A stretch of 64,000 nucleotides of DNA from Dehalococcoidia bacterium (lineage in GTDB: Bacteria > Chloroflexota > Dehalococcoidia > UBA2979). The notes beneath the pieces were generated by a model. The model had not been told where the DNA came from and did not search any database. It saw only the letters and a list, made by a program, of their open reading frames with translations. The position numbers and the translations under genes were made by a program. The stretch is from NCBI GenBank assembly GCA_963667465.2, contig CAXXDN010000002.1:1824001-1888000 (forward strand), given 5' to 3'. Of the stretch, positions 45,466-55,631 are shown piece after piece. The stretch's first letter is position 1. Each line of letters begins with the position of its first letter.

Positions 45466-48294
45466 TTGGTTCAAGAGACCCCTGACCGCATCCAGACCAC
45501 GCGCATCGAAGACGAGATGCGCGACTCCTACCTCGACTACGCGATGTCGGTCATCGTCTCGCGCGCGCTGCCCGATGTGCGCGACGGGCTCAAGCCGGTG
45601 CAGCGCCGCATCCTCTTCGGGATGCAGGAGCTGGGGGTCGGCCCCAACTCCGCGCTGAAGAAGACCGCCCGTGTGGTCGGCGAGGTGATGGGCAAGTTCC
45701 ACCCGCACGGCGACCAGGCGATCTACGACACGCTGGTGCGGATGGCGCAGGACTTCACGATGCGCTACCCGCTCGTCACCGGGCAGGGCAACTTCGGCTC
45801 GATCGACGGCGATCCGCCCGCGCAGATGCGCTACACCGAGGCGCGCCTCGCCCCGATCGCCAGCGAGTTGCTCGCCGACCTCGACCGCAACACCGTGGAC
45901 TTCCAGCCGAACTTCGACGATTCCGTGAACGAGCCGGTGGTGCTGCCCTCGCGCATCCCGAACCTGCTGCTCAACGGCGCGAGCGGGATCGCGGTCGGGA
46001 TGGCAACGAACGTCCCGCCGCACAACCTCAACGAGATCTGCGACGCGCTGACGCTGCTGATCGACCGCCCCGAGGCGGGCATCGACGAGCTGATGGAGCA
46101 CGTGCAGGGGCCGGACTTCCCGACACGCGGCCGCATCTTCGGGCGCGAGGCGATCCGGCAGGCCTACGCCAGCGGGCGCGGCAAGGTCACGATGCAGGGC
46201 GTGATCGCGCACGAGCAGACCGAGGCCGGCCGCATCCAGCTGATCGTCACCGAGCTGCCCTACCAGGTCAACAAATCCACGCTGATCCAGCGCATCGCCG
46301 ACCTCGTGCGCAACAAGCGCATCGAGGGCGTCTCCGACCTGCGCGACGAGTCCGATCGCGATGGCATGCGGATCGTGATCGAGCTGTCGCGCACCGGCAC
46401 GCCAGCGGCGGTGGAGGCGCAGCTGTTCAAGCTCACGGCGCTGCAATCGACCTTCGCGGTCAACATGCTCGCGCTGGTCGACGGCCGCCCGAAGACGGTC
46501 AGCCTCAAGGAGGCGCTGGAGGCGTTCATCGACCACCGGCGCGAGGTGATCCGCAGGCGCAGCGAGTTCGACCTCGAGAAGGCCCTCGACCGCGCCGAGA
46601 TCCTCGAGGGCCTGCTGAAGGCGATCGAGCAGCTCGACTGGGTGATCGCGACGATCCGCGCCTCGGAGTCCGCGGACGCGGCGAAGACCGCGCTGATGGC
46701 GGGCCCCGAGGCGTCCGCCGAGGCGGACACCGAGGAGCCGTGGCTGTCGGAGCGGCAGGCGCAGGCCGTGCTGGACATGCAGCTGCGCCGCCTCGCCGCG
46801 CTCGAGCGGCAGCGCATCGAGGACGAACACGCGGAGCTCGCCGAGCAGATCGCGTGGCTGCGCGATCTGCTCGCGAACCCGGAGAAGATCGACGGACTGA
46901 TCAAGGACGACTGCGCCGAACTGAAGGAGCAGTACGGCGATGCGCGCCTCACCCGGGCGTTCGCGCGACCCGCCGAGGAGATCTCGGCGGAGGACCTGGT
47001 CCCGCATCAGCGCATCGTCGTCACGATCTCGGACGCCGGCTACATGAAGCGCGTGCCGCTGGAGACGTACCGCCGCCAGCGCCGCGGCGGGCGCGGCATC
47101 ACCGGCGCGCCGACGCGCGACGAAGACGCCGCCAACCATCTCGTCGTCTGCGACACGCACGACTCGCTGCTGCTCTTCACCCAGCAGGGCCGCGTCTACT
47201 CGCTGCGCGGCTACGAGGCGCCCGAGGCGACGCGTCAGGCGCGCGGCATCCCCGTCGTGAACCTCGTGGAGATGGAGGCGACGGACCGCGTCACCGGCGT
47301 GGTCGTGGTCGCCGACTTCAGCCGCGACTCGATGGTCCTGGCGACGGCGGGCGGCGACGTGAAGCGCACGCCGCTGGAGCAGTTCGAGTCCGTGCGCCGC
47401 GCCGGCCTGATCGCGATGAAGCTGAAGCGCGGCGACAGCCTGATCGCGGCGCACGGAGCGGCGGACAGCCACGACGCACTGCTGGTCAGCAGCGGCGGCC
47501 GGGCGATCCGCTTCCCGGTCGGCTCGCTGCGCGTCGCTTCGCGAGCCTCCGGAGGCGTGCGTGGGATGCGGCTGCGCACTGGCGAGCGCGTGGTCGGGCT
47601 CGTGATCGATACCGACGGCGAGGATCTGCTCGTCGTCTCGGAGCAGGGCGTCGGCAAGCGCACGCCGATCGCGGAGTACCCGACGAAGGGCCGCGGCGGC
47701 AAAGGCATGGTCGCCTTCCGCGTCACGGACCGCAGCGGTCCGCTCGCCGTCGCGCGCGCCGTGACCACCGGCCAGGAGATCATCCTCGTCTCGCGGGACG
47801 GGATCGTGATGCGCACGCACGCGGAGACGATCAGCCAGCAGGGTCGAGGCACGCAGGGCGTGGCGGTGATGAACATCGGCGAGGGGGACACCCTCGCCGC
47901 GATCGCCCTCATCGACCTCGACGAGGACCGGCCGCCACGGCGGCGCGACCCGGAGCCGGACGCCCCGGACGAAGACGACACCTCCGAGGCGACCGCCGAG
48001 GGCGAGGCGACCGCCGAGGGCGAGGCGACCGCCGAGGGCGAGGCGCCGCGGAAGGCCGCCGACGTCGGCAGCGTGACGGACGAGGAACTGCGCGCTGCCC
48101 TCGAGGCGGCGCTGCCGGCCGGGGAGTGGACCCCGCATCTGCAGGCGCTGAAGACGGCGGCCCGGCAACTGCGCTTCGCTCGCCTCTCGCAAGCGCTGCA
48201 AAAGGCCCTGGGACGCGCGATCCACGCGGCCGTCGTCGAGGGCTGGATCGAGGAGAACGGGGAAACGCAGGAGCTGCGCCGGCCGGGCGCCTGA
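45466..48294 (+). CDS. gyrA: DNA gyrase subunit A with extended C-terminus
   Basis: [42 protein letters not shown], GyrA-box QRRGGRG; TGGTACAAT promoter upstream. Confidence 0.96.
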   Translation: MVQETPDRIQTTRIEDEMRDSYLDYAMSVIVSRALPDVRDGLKPVQRRILFGMQELGVGPNSALKKTARVVGEVMGKFHPHGDQAIYDTLVRMAQDFTMRYPLVTGQGNFGSIDGDPPAQMRYTEARLAPIASELLADLDRNTVDFQPNFDDSVNEPVVLPSRIPNLLLNGASGIAVGMATNVPPHNLNEICDALTLLIDRPEAGIDELMEHVQGPDFPTRGRIFGREAIRQAYASGRGKVTMQGVIAHEQTEAGRIQLIVTELPYQVNKSTLIQRIADLVRNKRIEGVSDLRDESDRDGMRIVIELSRTGTPAAVEAQLFKLTALQSTFAVNMLALVDGRPKTVSLKEALEAFIDHRREVIRRRSEFDLEKALDRAEILEGLLKAIEQLDWVIATIRASESADAAKTALMAGPEASAEADTEEPWLSERQAQAVLDMQLRRLAALERQRIEDEHAELAEQIAWLRDLLANPEKIDGLIKDDCAELKEQYGDARLTRAFARPAEEISAEDLVPHQRIVVTISDAGYMKRVPLETYRRQRRGGRGITGAPTRDEDAANHLVVCDTHDSLLLFTQQGRVYSLRGYEAPEATRQARGIPVVNLVEMEATDRVTGVVVVADFSRDSMVLATAGGDVKRTPLEQFESVRRAGLIAMKLKRGDSLIAAHGAADSHDALLVSSGGRAIRFPVGSLRVASRASGGVRGMRLRTGERVVGLVIDTDGEDLLVVSEQGVGKRTPIAEYPTKGRGGKGMVAFRVTDRSGPLAVARAVTTGQEIILVSRDGIVMRTHAETISQQGRGTQGVAVMNIGEGDTLAAIALIDLDEDRPPRRRDPEPDAPDEDDTSEATAEGEATAEGEATAEGEAPRKAADVGSVTDEELRAALEAALPAGEWTPHLQALKTAARQLRFARLSQALQKALGRAIHAAVVEGWIEENGETQELRRPGA
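47986..48045 (+). repeat. 18 bp tandem repeat x3.3 in the gyrA tail
   Basis: GAGGCGACCGCCGAGGGC x3 plus GAGGCG, encoding EATAEG repeats. Confidence 0.9.
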
Positions 48295-48313
48295 CGCGGC
48301 CCGGAGCGCGCCC

Positions 48314-49315
48314 ATGAGCCTCAGCGACCTCGGCGAGTTCGGGCTGATCGAGCGCATCATCGAGCGCCTCGGCGACACCGCCGCACACGATATCCTCGTG
48401 CCCCCGGGCGACGACGCGGCGGCCTGGACACACGAGGGCGCGGCGGCCGTCGCGACGGTCGACAGCCTCGCCGAGGGCACGCACTGGCGGCGCGACACGA
48501 TGTCGCTGGCGGACGTCGGCTGGCGCAGCGTCGCGACCAGCCTCTCCGACCTCGCCGCGATGGGCGCCGAGCCGGGTCCGCTGCTGGTCGCCGCGCAGCT
48601 CGGCCCCGACGTCACGCTCGCTGACCTCGACAGGTTCGTGGACGGGCTGGCCGCGGCCTGCCGCTGCTTCGGCGCGCGCATCGCCGGCGGCAACATCGCG
48701 CGGGCAGCGAGTACGAGCTTCAGCGCGACGGCGATCGGGAGCGCGCGCGACGCCGGGGCCTTGCTGCGCCGCGACGCTGCCCGCCCCGGCGACGCGGTCG
48801 CCGTCTCCGGGGCGCCGGGCGCCGCAGCCGCCGGCCTGGCGCTGATCGAGGAGGGCCGGGAGGCACAGCTGGAGGCGGCGACGCTGCTCGCCGCCCACCG
48901 CCGGCCAATGGCGCGGATCGAGCTCGGACGCGTGGCGGCCACTGCCGGGCTGCGCTGCGGCATCGACCTCTCGGACGGGTTGCTGCAGGACCTCGGTCAC
49001 GTCGCGGAGGCCTCGGGCGTGGGCATCGAGATCGAGGCGACGGTGCTGCCGCTGCACCCGGCCGCCGTGGCGCTGCTGGGCCGCGATCGGGCGCTCGCGC
49101 TGGCGCTGGGGGGCGGCGAGGACTACGAACTGGCGCTTTGCGGGCCTGCTGCTACGCTCGACTCGCTCGGGCCGGGCGGCGAGTCCGAGGCCGGACTGCC
49201 GCCGCTGACACGCATCGGCCGGGTCACCGCGAAGCCGCCCGGCGAGGCGTTCGCCCTCAATCCGGCGGGGCGGCGCATCGACCCGGCAGCCACGGGCTGG
49301 GACCAGCTGCGCTGA
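48314..49315 (+). CDS. thiL: Thiamine-monophosphate kinase
   Basis: LGEFGLIERI, GDDAA, SLSDLAAMG, IDLSDGL, GGEDYEL. Confidence 0.92.
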   Translation: MSLSDLGEFGLIERIIERLGDTAAHDILVPPGDDAAAWTHEGAAAVATVDSLAEGTHWRRDTMSLADVGWRSVATSLSDLAAMGAEPGPLLVAAQLGPDVTLADLDRFVDGLAAACRCFGARIAGGNIARAASTSFSATAIGSARDAGALLRRDAARPGDAVAVSGAPGAAAAGLALIEEGREAQLEAATLLAAHRRPMARIELGRVAATAGLRCGIDLSDGLLQDLGHVAEASGVGIEIEATVLPLHPAAVALLGRDRALALALGGGEDYELALCGPAATLDSLGPGGESEAGLPPLTRIGRVTAKPPGEAFALNPAGRRIDPAATGWDQLR

Positions 49316-49379
49316 GCCGCACGTCGGCGACGGACCGGCCGCCAGCGACGGAGCGAGACACGTGCACACCGCCAACCGC

Positions 49380-49880
49380 ATGCTCGTGACGACGAAGGGC
49401 GCGGCTCGCACGCGCGCCCTCGGCCGGCGGCTCGCGCGGCTGCTGCGCCCCGGCGACGTGGTGCTGCTGCAGGGGCCGCTGGGCGCGGGCAAGACCACGC
49501 TCGCGCAGGGCGTCGGCGCCGGCCTCGGCGTCGCCGGGCCGGTCAACAGCCCCACCTTCGTCCTGCTCGCCCGCCACGACCTCGCGAGCCCCGAGGGCCG
49601 CAGCGCGGGGAGCACGGACCGCCCGGATGCGCTGCACCACGCCGACCTCTTCCGGCTGACGGAGGTCGAGGAGGTCGAGGAGCTGGCGCTCGCCGAGCAG
49701 GCCGCGGACGGCGCGTTGCTGGTCGAGTGGCCGGAGCGGGGCCTCGAGGCGCTCCCGAGCGAGCACCTGCTCGTCGCGATCGAGTTCTCGCCAGAACGCG
49801 ACGACGAGCGGCGGCTCACCTTCGTCGCCGTCGGCGAGCGCTACCACCGCATCCTCGACGGCCTCGGCGGGCGTGGCTGA
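49380..49880 (+). CDS. tsaE: tRNA t6A biosynthesis ATPase
   Basis: GPLGAGKTT, VNSPTF, HADLFRL, LVEWPE. Confidence 0.92.
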   Translation: MLVTTKGAARTRALGRRLARLLRPGDVVLLQGPLGAGKTTLAQGVGAGLGVAGPVNSPTFVLLARHDLASPEGRSAGSTDRPDALHHADLFRLTEVEEVEELALAEQAADGALLVEWPERGLEALPSEHLLVAIEFSPERDDERRLTFVAVGERYHRILDGLGGRG

Positions 49881-50566
49881 TGCGGCGCATCGAACTGGGC
49901 ATCGACAGCGCCTCCAGCCAGGCCGGCGTCGCCCTCTTCGACGGCGACAAGCTGCTCACGGAGCGGCGCTGGATGGTGGAGACGAACTACTCGCGCGAGC
50001 TGCTCGGCGGCATCGACGCGGCGCTGGGCGAGGCCGGCGTCGAGCGCGGCGAACTCGCGGCGATCGCCGTCGACGCGGGGCCGGGAGGCTACTCGGGGCT
50101 GCGCAGCGGCGTGGCGACGGCGCAAGGGCTCGCGCTCGCGCTCGGCATCCCGCTGGCGGGCGTCTCACGCCTCGAGGCGGCGGCGTTCCCGCACCTCGGA
50201 GGCGGCCGGCCGGTCGTCGCCGCACACCAGGCGGGCGGCGGACGCATCGCCTGGGCCGCCTACGCGGACGGCGGCGGCGGGGCTCCCGCGATCCTCGAGG
50301 CGCCACGCCTCGACGAGCTGGACGCCTGCCTGGGCGCTGCGCCGCGCGGCGCGCGCTGGTGCGGCGAGCTGAGCGAGGAGCTGCTGGCCGCCCTCGAGGG
50401 CGGCGACGGGACGGCGGTGGCCGCCGCGGAGAACGTGCGCCGCGCCGCCGACCTGGTGCGGCTGGCAAAGCTGCACGAGGCCTACGGCGATCCGGCGCTG
50501 GTCGACGTGGTGTACCTGCGGCCGCCGCCGATCACGCGGGCAGCGGCAGGCACGAGGACGAACTGA
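49880..50566 (+). CDS. tsaB: tRNA t6A biosynthesis protein
   Basis: [19 protein letters not shown]-terminal YLR; ATG overlaps the tsaE stop. Confidence 0.88.
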   Translation: MRRIELGIDSASSQAGVALFDGDKLLTERRWMVETNYSRELLGGIDAALGEAGVERGELAAIAVDAGPGGYSGLRSGVATAQGLALALGIPLAGVSRLEAAAFPHLGGGRPVVAAHQAGGGRIAWAAYADGGGGAPAILEAPRLDELDACLGAAPRGARWCGELSEELLAALEGGDGTAVAAAENVRRAADLVRLAKLHEAYGDPALVDVVYLRPPPITRAAAGTRTN

Positions 50567-50600
50567 GTACACGGGCGGAACGCACGGAGAAGGAGCGCAC

Positions 50601-51050
50601 ATGGAACGCACGCTGATCCTGGTGAAGCCGGACGCCGTCCAGCGCGGGCTGATCGGCGAGGTGCTGGGCCGCCTCGAGCGGCGCGGGCTGCGGCTCGTGG
50701 CGCTGCGCCTGATGCAGGCGGACGAGGCACTGGCGCGCCGCCACTACGGGGAGCACGAGGGCAAGCCGTTCTTCGCGGGCCTCGTTGACTACATCACCTC
50801 GAGCCCGCTGATCGCGGCAGTGTTCGAGGGTCCGGACGCGATCGCCGCCGCGCGCCAGACGATGGGGTCGACGAACCCCGTCGAGGCCGCGCCGGGCACG
50901 ATCCGCGGCGACCTCGCCCTCGAGGTGGGCCGCAACCTGGTGCACGGTTCGGACAGCCCGGACAGCGCGGCGCGAGAGATCGCGCTCTTCTTTGGCGACG
51001 AGGCGGCGCCCTCCTGGGAGCGCGACACGGACCGCTGGATCCTGGAGTAG
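50601..51050 (+). CDS. ndk: Nucleoside diphosphate kinase
   Basis: [33 protein letters not shown]. Confidence 0.96.
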   Translation: MERTLILVKPDAVQRGLIGEVLGRLERRGLRLVALRLMQADEALARRHYGEHEGKPFFAGLVDYITSSPLIAAVFEGPDAIAAARQTMGSTNPVEAAPGTIRGDLALEVGRNLVHGSDSPDSAAREIALFFGDEAAPSWERDTDRWILE

Positions 51051-51063
51051 CGCCCGCTACGCG

Positions 51064-51099
51064 GGCAACTCGCGCAGGACCGGTCCTGCGCGAGTTGCC
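51064..51099. repeat. 36 bp perfect palindrome
   Basis: GGCAACTCGCGCAGGACCGGTCCTGCGCGAGTTGCC equals its own reverse complement. Confidence 0.9.
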
Positions 51100-51113
51100 T
51101 CCCGATCAAACAC

Positions 51114-51135
51114 TGACTAGTCTGGTACCTAGTCA
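51114..51135 (+). promoter_or_regulatory. Putative TA operator
   Basis: TGACTAG-N8-CTAGTCA inverted repeat just upstream of the antitoxin gene. Confidence 0.6.
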
Positions 51136-51154
51136 AATGGCGATGGGAGTGCAC

Positions 51155-51415
51155 GTGGGCGGGAGCTGGCAGGTCCAGGACGCCAAGGCGCGCTTCAGCG
51201 AGCTACTCGAGACAAGCCTCGCTGAAGGGCCACAGATCGTCACCAAGCGGGGCGTCGAGACCGCCGTGCTGGTCCCGATCGACCAGTGGCGCCGGATGGA
51301 GCGCTTGACGAGGCCGAACATCAAGGAGTGGCTGCTCGCGGCCGGGCCTCGCACCGAGGCGCTGACCCCGCCCCGGCGCGAGTTCCGACGCCGCCCACCG
51401 CCACGGCTCGATTAG
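51155..51415 (+). CDS. Phd/YefM family antitoxin
   Basis: WQVQDAKARFSELLE..L.EGPQIVTKRG.ETAVLV. Confidence 0.9.
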   Translation: MGGSWQVQDAKARFSELLETSLAEGPQIVTKRGVETAVLVPIDQWRRMERLTRPNIKEWLLAAGPRTEALTPPRREFRRRPPPRLD

Positions 51416-51421
51416 CCCCAC

Positions 51422-51844
51422 GTGTACCTGCTCGACACGAACGTCGTCTCCGAGTTGCGCCGCCCTCGCCCACATCCACTGGTGCTCGACTGGATCCGCG
51501 ATGTACCGGCCGAGCGGCTGCATGTTTGCGCGGTCACGATCGGTGAAGTCCAGGCTGGTATTGAGATCACACGCGAGCAGGACGCCGCGAGGGCGGAGGA
51601 ACTGGAGGCCTGGCTCGAGGATCGCGTGCTCGGCGACTTCGACATTCTGACGCTCGACGCCGCCGCCTTTCGTGAGTGGGGGCGGCTGATGCATCGGCGC
51701 TCAGACACATTGATCCAGGACGCGATGATCGCCGCGGTCGCCGTCGTCCACGGCCTGAGGGTGGTGACCCGCAACGTTCGCGACTTCGAGCAGCTCGGCG
51801 TAGCAGTGCTCGACCCGTTCGCGGAGCACGACGGGATCTCCTGA
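51422..51844 (+). CDS. vapC: PIN-domain VapC toxin
   Basis: YLLDTNVVSEL, TIGEVQAG, DAMIAA, VVTRNVRDF. Confidence 0.92.
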   Translation: MYLLDTNVVSELRRPRPHPLVLDWIRDVPAERLHVCAVTIGEVQAGIEITREQDAARAEELEAWLEDRVLGDFDILTLDAAAFREWGRLMHRRSDTLIQDAMIAAVAVVHGLRVVTRNVRDFEQLGVAVLDPFAEHDGIS

Positions 51845-51848
51845 CGCA

Positions 51849-53093
51849 TCAACCGAATTCGCCGCGCGGGCGGCCAGCGAGGATGACGAAGACGGCCGAC
51901 AGCGCCGTCAACGGGGCGTAGATCGTGAAGATCAACTCGTAGCTGCCGAACTCGTCGAACGCGAGCCCCGCGAGGAACGGCCCGAGCATCCCAAACGGCA
52001 TCGTGAGCGTCGAGGCGAGCCCTTGCAGGGTGCCGAAGCGGCGCGGTCCGAAGTGGTCGGCGATCGCCGTGATGAAGAGGATCACCCAGATCGCGTGCCC
52101 CGTCGCGTACGTCAGGTAGTAGAGCGGCAGCAGCCACAGCCGGTCCGTGCCGAGCTGCGCGAAGAAGAGCAGCCCGACGCCCTGCAGGACGAACGACGCG
52201 ATGTAGAGCTCATGCCTCCCGACGAGGTCGGCGAGCCAGCCCACGGCGGGTCGCATCGCGACCTGCACCACCCCGTAGATCGCAACGACCAGGCCCGCCT
52301 CGGGCAGCGAGAATCCCGAGTTCGTCATGTGCGGCACCTGGTGCACCGTCCAGGCGATCGACTGGCCCGCCGTGAACCCCGTCGAGAGCGTGAGCAGGTA
52401 AAAGGCGCGGCGGCGAAGGGCGTCGGACACGCTCATCCCCACCAGCGACGACGCAGGGGTGGTGGAGGCTCCCGTTTGAGGCAAGGCCTCGCCGTCGGGG
52501 AGCAGACCGTAGTGCTCCGGGCGGTCGCGCACGAGCAGGGCCACCACGATTCCGACGACGAAGATCAGCAGCGCGACGATCACGAGCGCCTCGCGCCAGC
52601 CGGCGGCGGTCACGAGCAGCGCGAACAGCGGGACGATGAAGTAGCCGCCCCCACGGCCGGCGGCGACGATGCCCATCGCCCTCGCCCGCTTGCGCTGGAA
52701 CCAGTTCATCATGGCCGCGTTGATCGGCACGCCCATCCCGAGGCTCTGGCCCAGCGCGGCGATAATGCTCGCCGCGTAGTAGGCGGGCAGCGTGTGCGCC
52801 TGCGAGAAGAGCAGCAGGCCACCCGCGAGCAGCACGACGCCCGCCAGGATCATCTTCCGCGGGCCGAGCCGATCGACGAGCACCCCGCCGATCGGCGCGA
52901 GCAGGCCCTGCTCGAAGCTGCGCAGCGAGAACCCGAGCGAGATCGCCGCGATGCTCCAGCCCAGCTCCTGCTGCATCGGCTCGATCAGCACACCCAGACC
53001 GAGCGAGGCGATCCCGAAGGCGATCAGGTTGAGCGCGCCGCCGCCGGCCGCGATGTACCAGCCGTAGAACACCGGGCCGGCCGGCCTCGACAC
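51849..53093 (-). CDS. MFS transporter (MCT/OFA-like)
   Basis: FYGWYI, GVLVDRLGPR, NWFQRKRARAMG, GWLADLVGR, GLAFDEFGSY. Confidence 0.88.
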   Translation of the reverse strand: MSRPAGPVFYGWYIAAGGGALNLIAFGIASLGLGVLIEPMQQELGWSIAAISLGFSLRSFEQGLLAPIGGVLVDRLGPRKMILAGVVLLAGGLLLFSQAHTLPAYYAASIIAALGQSLGMGVPINAAMMNWFQRKRARAMGIVAAGRGGGYFIVPLFALLVTAAGWREALVIVALLIFVVGIVVALLVRDRPEHYGLLPDGEALPQTGASTTPASSLVGMSVSDALRRRAFYLLTLSTGFTAGQSIAWTVHQVPHMTNSGFSLPEAGLVVAIYGVVQVAMRPAVGWLADLVGRHELYIASFVLQGVGLLFFAQLGTDRLWLLPLYYLTYATGHAIWVILFITAIADHFGPRRFGTLQGLASTLTMPFGMLGPFLAGLAFDEFGSYELIFTIYAPLTALSAVFVILAGRPRGEFG

Positions 53094-53103
53094 GCGCACG
53101 GGG

Positions 53104-53460
53104 CTACTGGATGTGGACAACCTCGCGGGCGCGCTGCCACAGGCCCTCAAGGTTGTAGTAGGCGCGCTGCTCGACCGAGAAGATGTGCACCACCGTGTCG
53201 CCGAGGTCCGCGAGCCGCCAGCCGTCCTCGTTGCGGCCTTCCCAGAGCGGGCGGTTGGCACGGCGGGCGCCCTCGCGCGTCGCGGCGATCTCGTCGACGG
53301 CGTCGGCGAGCGCGCGCATCTGGCGCTCACTGTCGGCGCTGGCGATCACGAAGTAGTCGGCGAAGGTGGAGAGACCGGCGAGGTCCAGCAGCACGACGTC
53401 TGACGCCTGGCGATCGACCAGGGCATCGACGACGTCGCGCGCAACCTGTAGCCCGTCCAG
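53104..53460 (-). CDS. rsfS: Ribosome silencing factor
   Basis: DVVLLDL, ADYFVIAS...RQMRAL, W.L.DLGD.VVHIF...R.YYNLE.LW; probable CTG start at 53460 after AAGGAGG. Confidence 0.9.
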   Translation of the reverse strand: MDGLQVARDVVDALVDRQASDVVLLDLAGLSTFADYFVIASADSERQMRALADAVDEIAATREGARRANRPLWEGRNEDGWRLADLGDTVVHIFSVEQRAYYNLEGLWQRAREVVHIQ

Positions 53461-53580
53461 ACGCGCATCCCTCCTTGGACGCCCGCGGCGGTCACGGCCG
53501 CGAGGCGCCTGGAGTATAGAGGAGACCGCTGCTCCTCGAGCGCCGGTGGCCTAGCGCGCTTGCCGTCCTACAATGGATCG

Positions 53581-54705
53581 ATGAGCGATTCCCGCATCCT
53601 GGTGGCGATGTCCGGCGGCGTCGACTCGGCGGTCGCGGCCGCGATCCTGCATCGCGACGGCTACGCGGTGGTCGGCGTGACGCTGCGTCTCTACACCGAG
53701 GCGGACCCGACAGCGCTGCGCTCGAAGCGCGCCTGCTGCGGCGTCGAGGACGTCGCCGACGCGCGCGCCGCCGCGCAGCGCATCGGCATCCCGCACTACG
53801 TGCTCAACATGGAGCGCGAGTTCGAGCGCGACGTGATCGAGGTATTCGCGTCCGCCTACCGCAACGGGCGCACGCCCAACCCTTGCCTCGAGTGCAACGA
53901 CCGCGTGAAGTTCCGCACGCTGCTCGACCGCGCCGACGCGCTCGGCTTCGAGCTGCTGGCGACCGGGCACTACGCGCGCATCCGCGAGCGCCCTTCAGGC
54001 CTGGACGGCGCCGGCGGCGGCCTCTCGCTGCACGCGGCGGCGGACGAGGCGAAGGACCAGTCCTACGTGCTCTACACGCTCGGGCAGGAGCAGCTGGGGC
54101 GGCTGCGCTTCCCGCTCGGCGATCTGCCGAAGTCCGAGACGCGGCGGATCGCCTCGGAGCTGGGCCTGGGCGTGGCGGACAAGCCCGACAGCGCCGACAT
54201 CTGCTTCGTGCCCGGCGGCGACTACCGCGAGCTGCTGCGCGCCCGTGGGGACAGCTCCCGCGCCGGCGAGATCCTCGACGCCGACGGCAGCACGCTGCGC
54301 GAACACGACGGCGTCGCCGCCTTCACCGTCGGCCAGCGCCGCGGCCTCGGCGTCGCGACCGGCGAGCGGCGCTACGTCACGGCGATCGACGCGTCAGCCG
54401 GCACGGTGCGCCTCGGCGGAGCGGACGACCTGCTCGCGAGCGGCGTCGAGGCGTCCACCCCGCGCTGGGTGCGCGAGGCGCCGCAGCCCGGTGAGCCGCT
54501 GCTCGCCCGCATTCGCGCACACGGGCCGCTGGTCCCGGCGCGCTTCGCGGATCTCGGCTCCGAGGGTTTCCGCGTCGACTTCGAGCAGCCGCTGCGCGCC
54601 GCCGCGCCGGGACAGGCGATCGTGCTCTATCGCGCCGACGAGGAACGCGGACACGAGGTCGCGGGCGGCGGCACGATTGAGCGAGGACAACCGCCGCTGC
54701 GTTGA
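53581..54705 (+). CDS. mnmA: tRNA 2-thiouridylase
   Basis: AMSGGVDS, TPNPCLECN, ATGHYA, KDQSY, FTVGQRRGL, PGQA; TACAAT 6 nt before the ATG (leaderless). Confidence 0.95.
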   Translation: MSDSRILVAMSGGVDSAVAAAILHRDGYAVVGVTLRLYTEADPTALRSKRACCGVEDVADARAAAQRIGIPHYVLNMEREFERDVIEVFASAYRNGRTPNPCLECNDRVKFRTLLDRADALGFELLATGHYARIRERPSGLDGAGGGLSLHAAADEAKDQSYVLYTLGQEQLGRLRFPLGDLPKSETRRIASELGLGVADKPDSADICFVPGGDYRELLRARGDSSRAGEILDADGSTLREHDGVAAFTVGQRRGLGVATGERRYVTAIDASAGTVRLGGADDLLASGVEASTPRWVREAPQPGEPLLARIRAHGPLVPARFADLGSEGFRVDFEQPLRAAAPGQAIVLYRADEERGHEVAGGGTIERGQPPLR

Positions 54706-54782
54706 GCCTCGGTGGCGGCGCGGGCTACGCTCTACGGTGCGGCGGCGCTGCATTCGAGGCGCCACGACGGCTGGAGGCACGG

Positions 54783-55199
54783 GTGCGCTGGATTCTCATC
54801 CTGGTCGGGTTGCTGATCGCGGCGACCATCGCCGCAGCCGTGTGGGCGCTGGTCACCGGCGTCGTCGAGATCACGCTGGGCGAGGCGCGCGATACCGTGA
54901 TCATCGTCTACGGCGTACTCGGGATCGTCTTCTTCCTGATCGCGATCATCGCCGCCCTGGCGATCGTCTTCGCCGTGCGCATGCTCACCGGCCTCGCCAA
55001 AGACGCCTACGAGGAGTCGGCTCGACCGCTGGTGGACGAGGTGCGCGGCACGGTGCAGTCCGTGCGTGGCAGCGTGGAGTTCGTCTCCGACCAGGCGATC
55101 TCCCCGATGATCCGCGTCATCGCCGTCGCGCGCGGCGTGCGCCGCGGCGTGGAAGCGCTGGCCGGCGTCGCGCGGCGCGGCCGCGGACCGGGCTCCTGA
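54783..55199 (+). CDS. Small membrane protein with amphipathic C-terminal helix
   Basis: Two TM segments followed by VRGTVQSVRGSVEFVSD helix. Confidence 0.65.
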   Translation: MRWILILVGLLIAATIAAAVWALVTGVVEITLGEARDTVIIVYGVLGIVFFLIAIIAALAIVFAVRMLTGLAKDAYEESARPLVDEVRGTVQSVRGSVEFVSDQAISPMIRVIAVARGVRRGVEALAGVARRGRGPGS

Positions 55200-55615
55200 T
55201 GCGACCGCGCTGGCCCTCGCGCCGCCGCACGCGCGAGCGTGAGCCGCGCTACCAGGTCGTCGAGGTGATCGGCGCATCCGAGCAGCTCGACGAGGCGGTC
55301 GGGCGCGCGGCCGAGCGGATCACGGAACGGCGCACCTCGGGCGCGACAGGCGGCCGCATCGGCCTGCGCTCGCTCGCCCTGCTGGTAGCGGCCGTGGCCG
55401 GGACGGCGGCGGCCGGCTACGCCGCCGCCCGGGCGCTGCTTGGCCGTGACCTGGACACCGAGCCGCTGCCCGGCCCGCTCGAAGGCGCCGGCGACGAGCT
55501 GCGTGCGGCGCGAGACGCCCTCGAGACGGGCATCGCCGAGGGCCGGCGCGCGAGCGCCGAGGCGGAGCGCGAGCTGCACGAGGATCTGCGGAATCGTCGC
55601 GAGGGCAACCGCTGA
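55199..55615 (+). CDS. Hypothetical membrane-associated protein
   Basis: ATG overlaps the previous stop; one hydrophobic segment and a charged helical tail. Confidence 0.55.
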   Translation: MRPRWPSRRRTREREPRYQVVEVIGASEQLDEAVGRAAERITERRTSGATGGRIGLRSLALLVAAVAGTAAAGYAAARALLGRDLDTEPLPGPLEGAGDELRAARDALETGIAEGRRASAEAERELHEDLRNRREGNR

Positions 55616-55631
55616 GCCGGCTGCCTCGAAG

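Noticed and set aside
45016-48963. 1315 aa minus-strand ORF
   Set aside because: Antisense shadow of gyrA/thiL caused by high-GC codon bias; no protein motifs.
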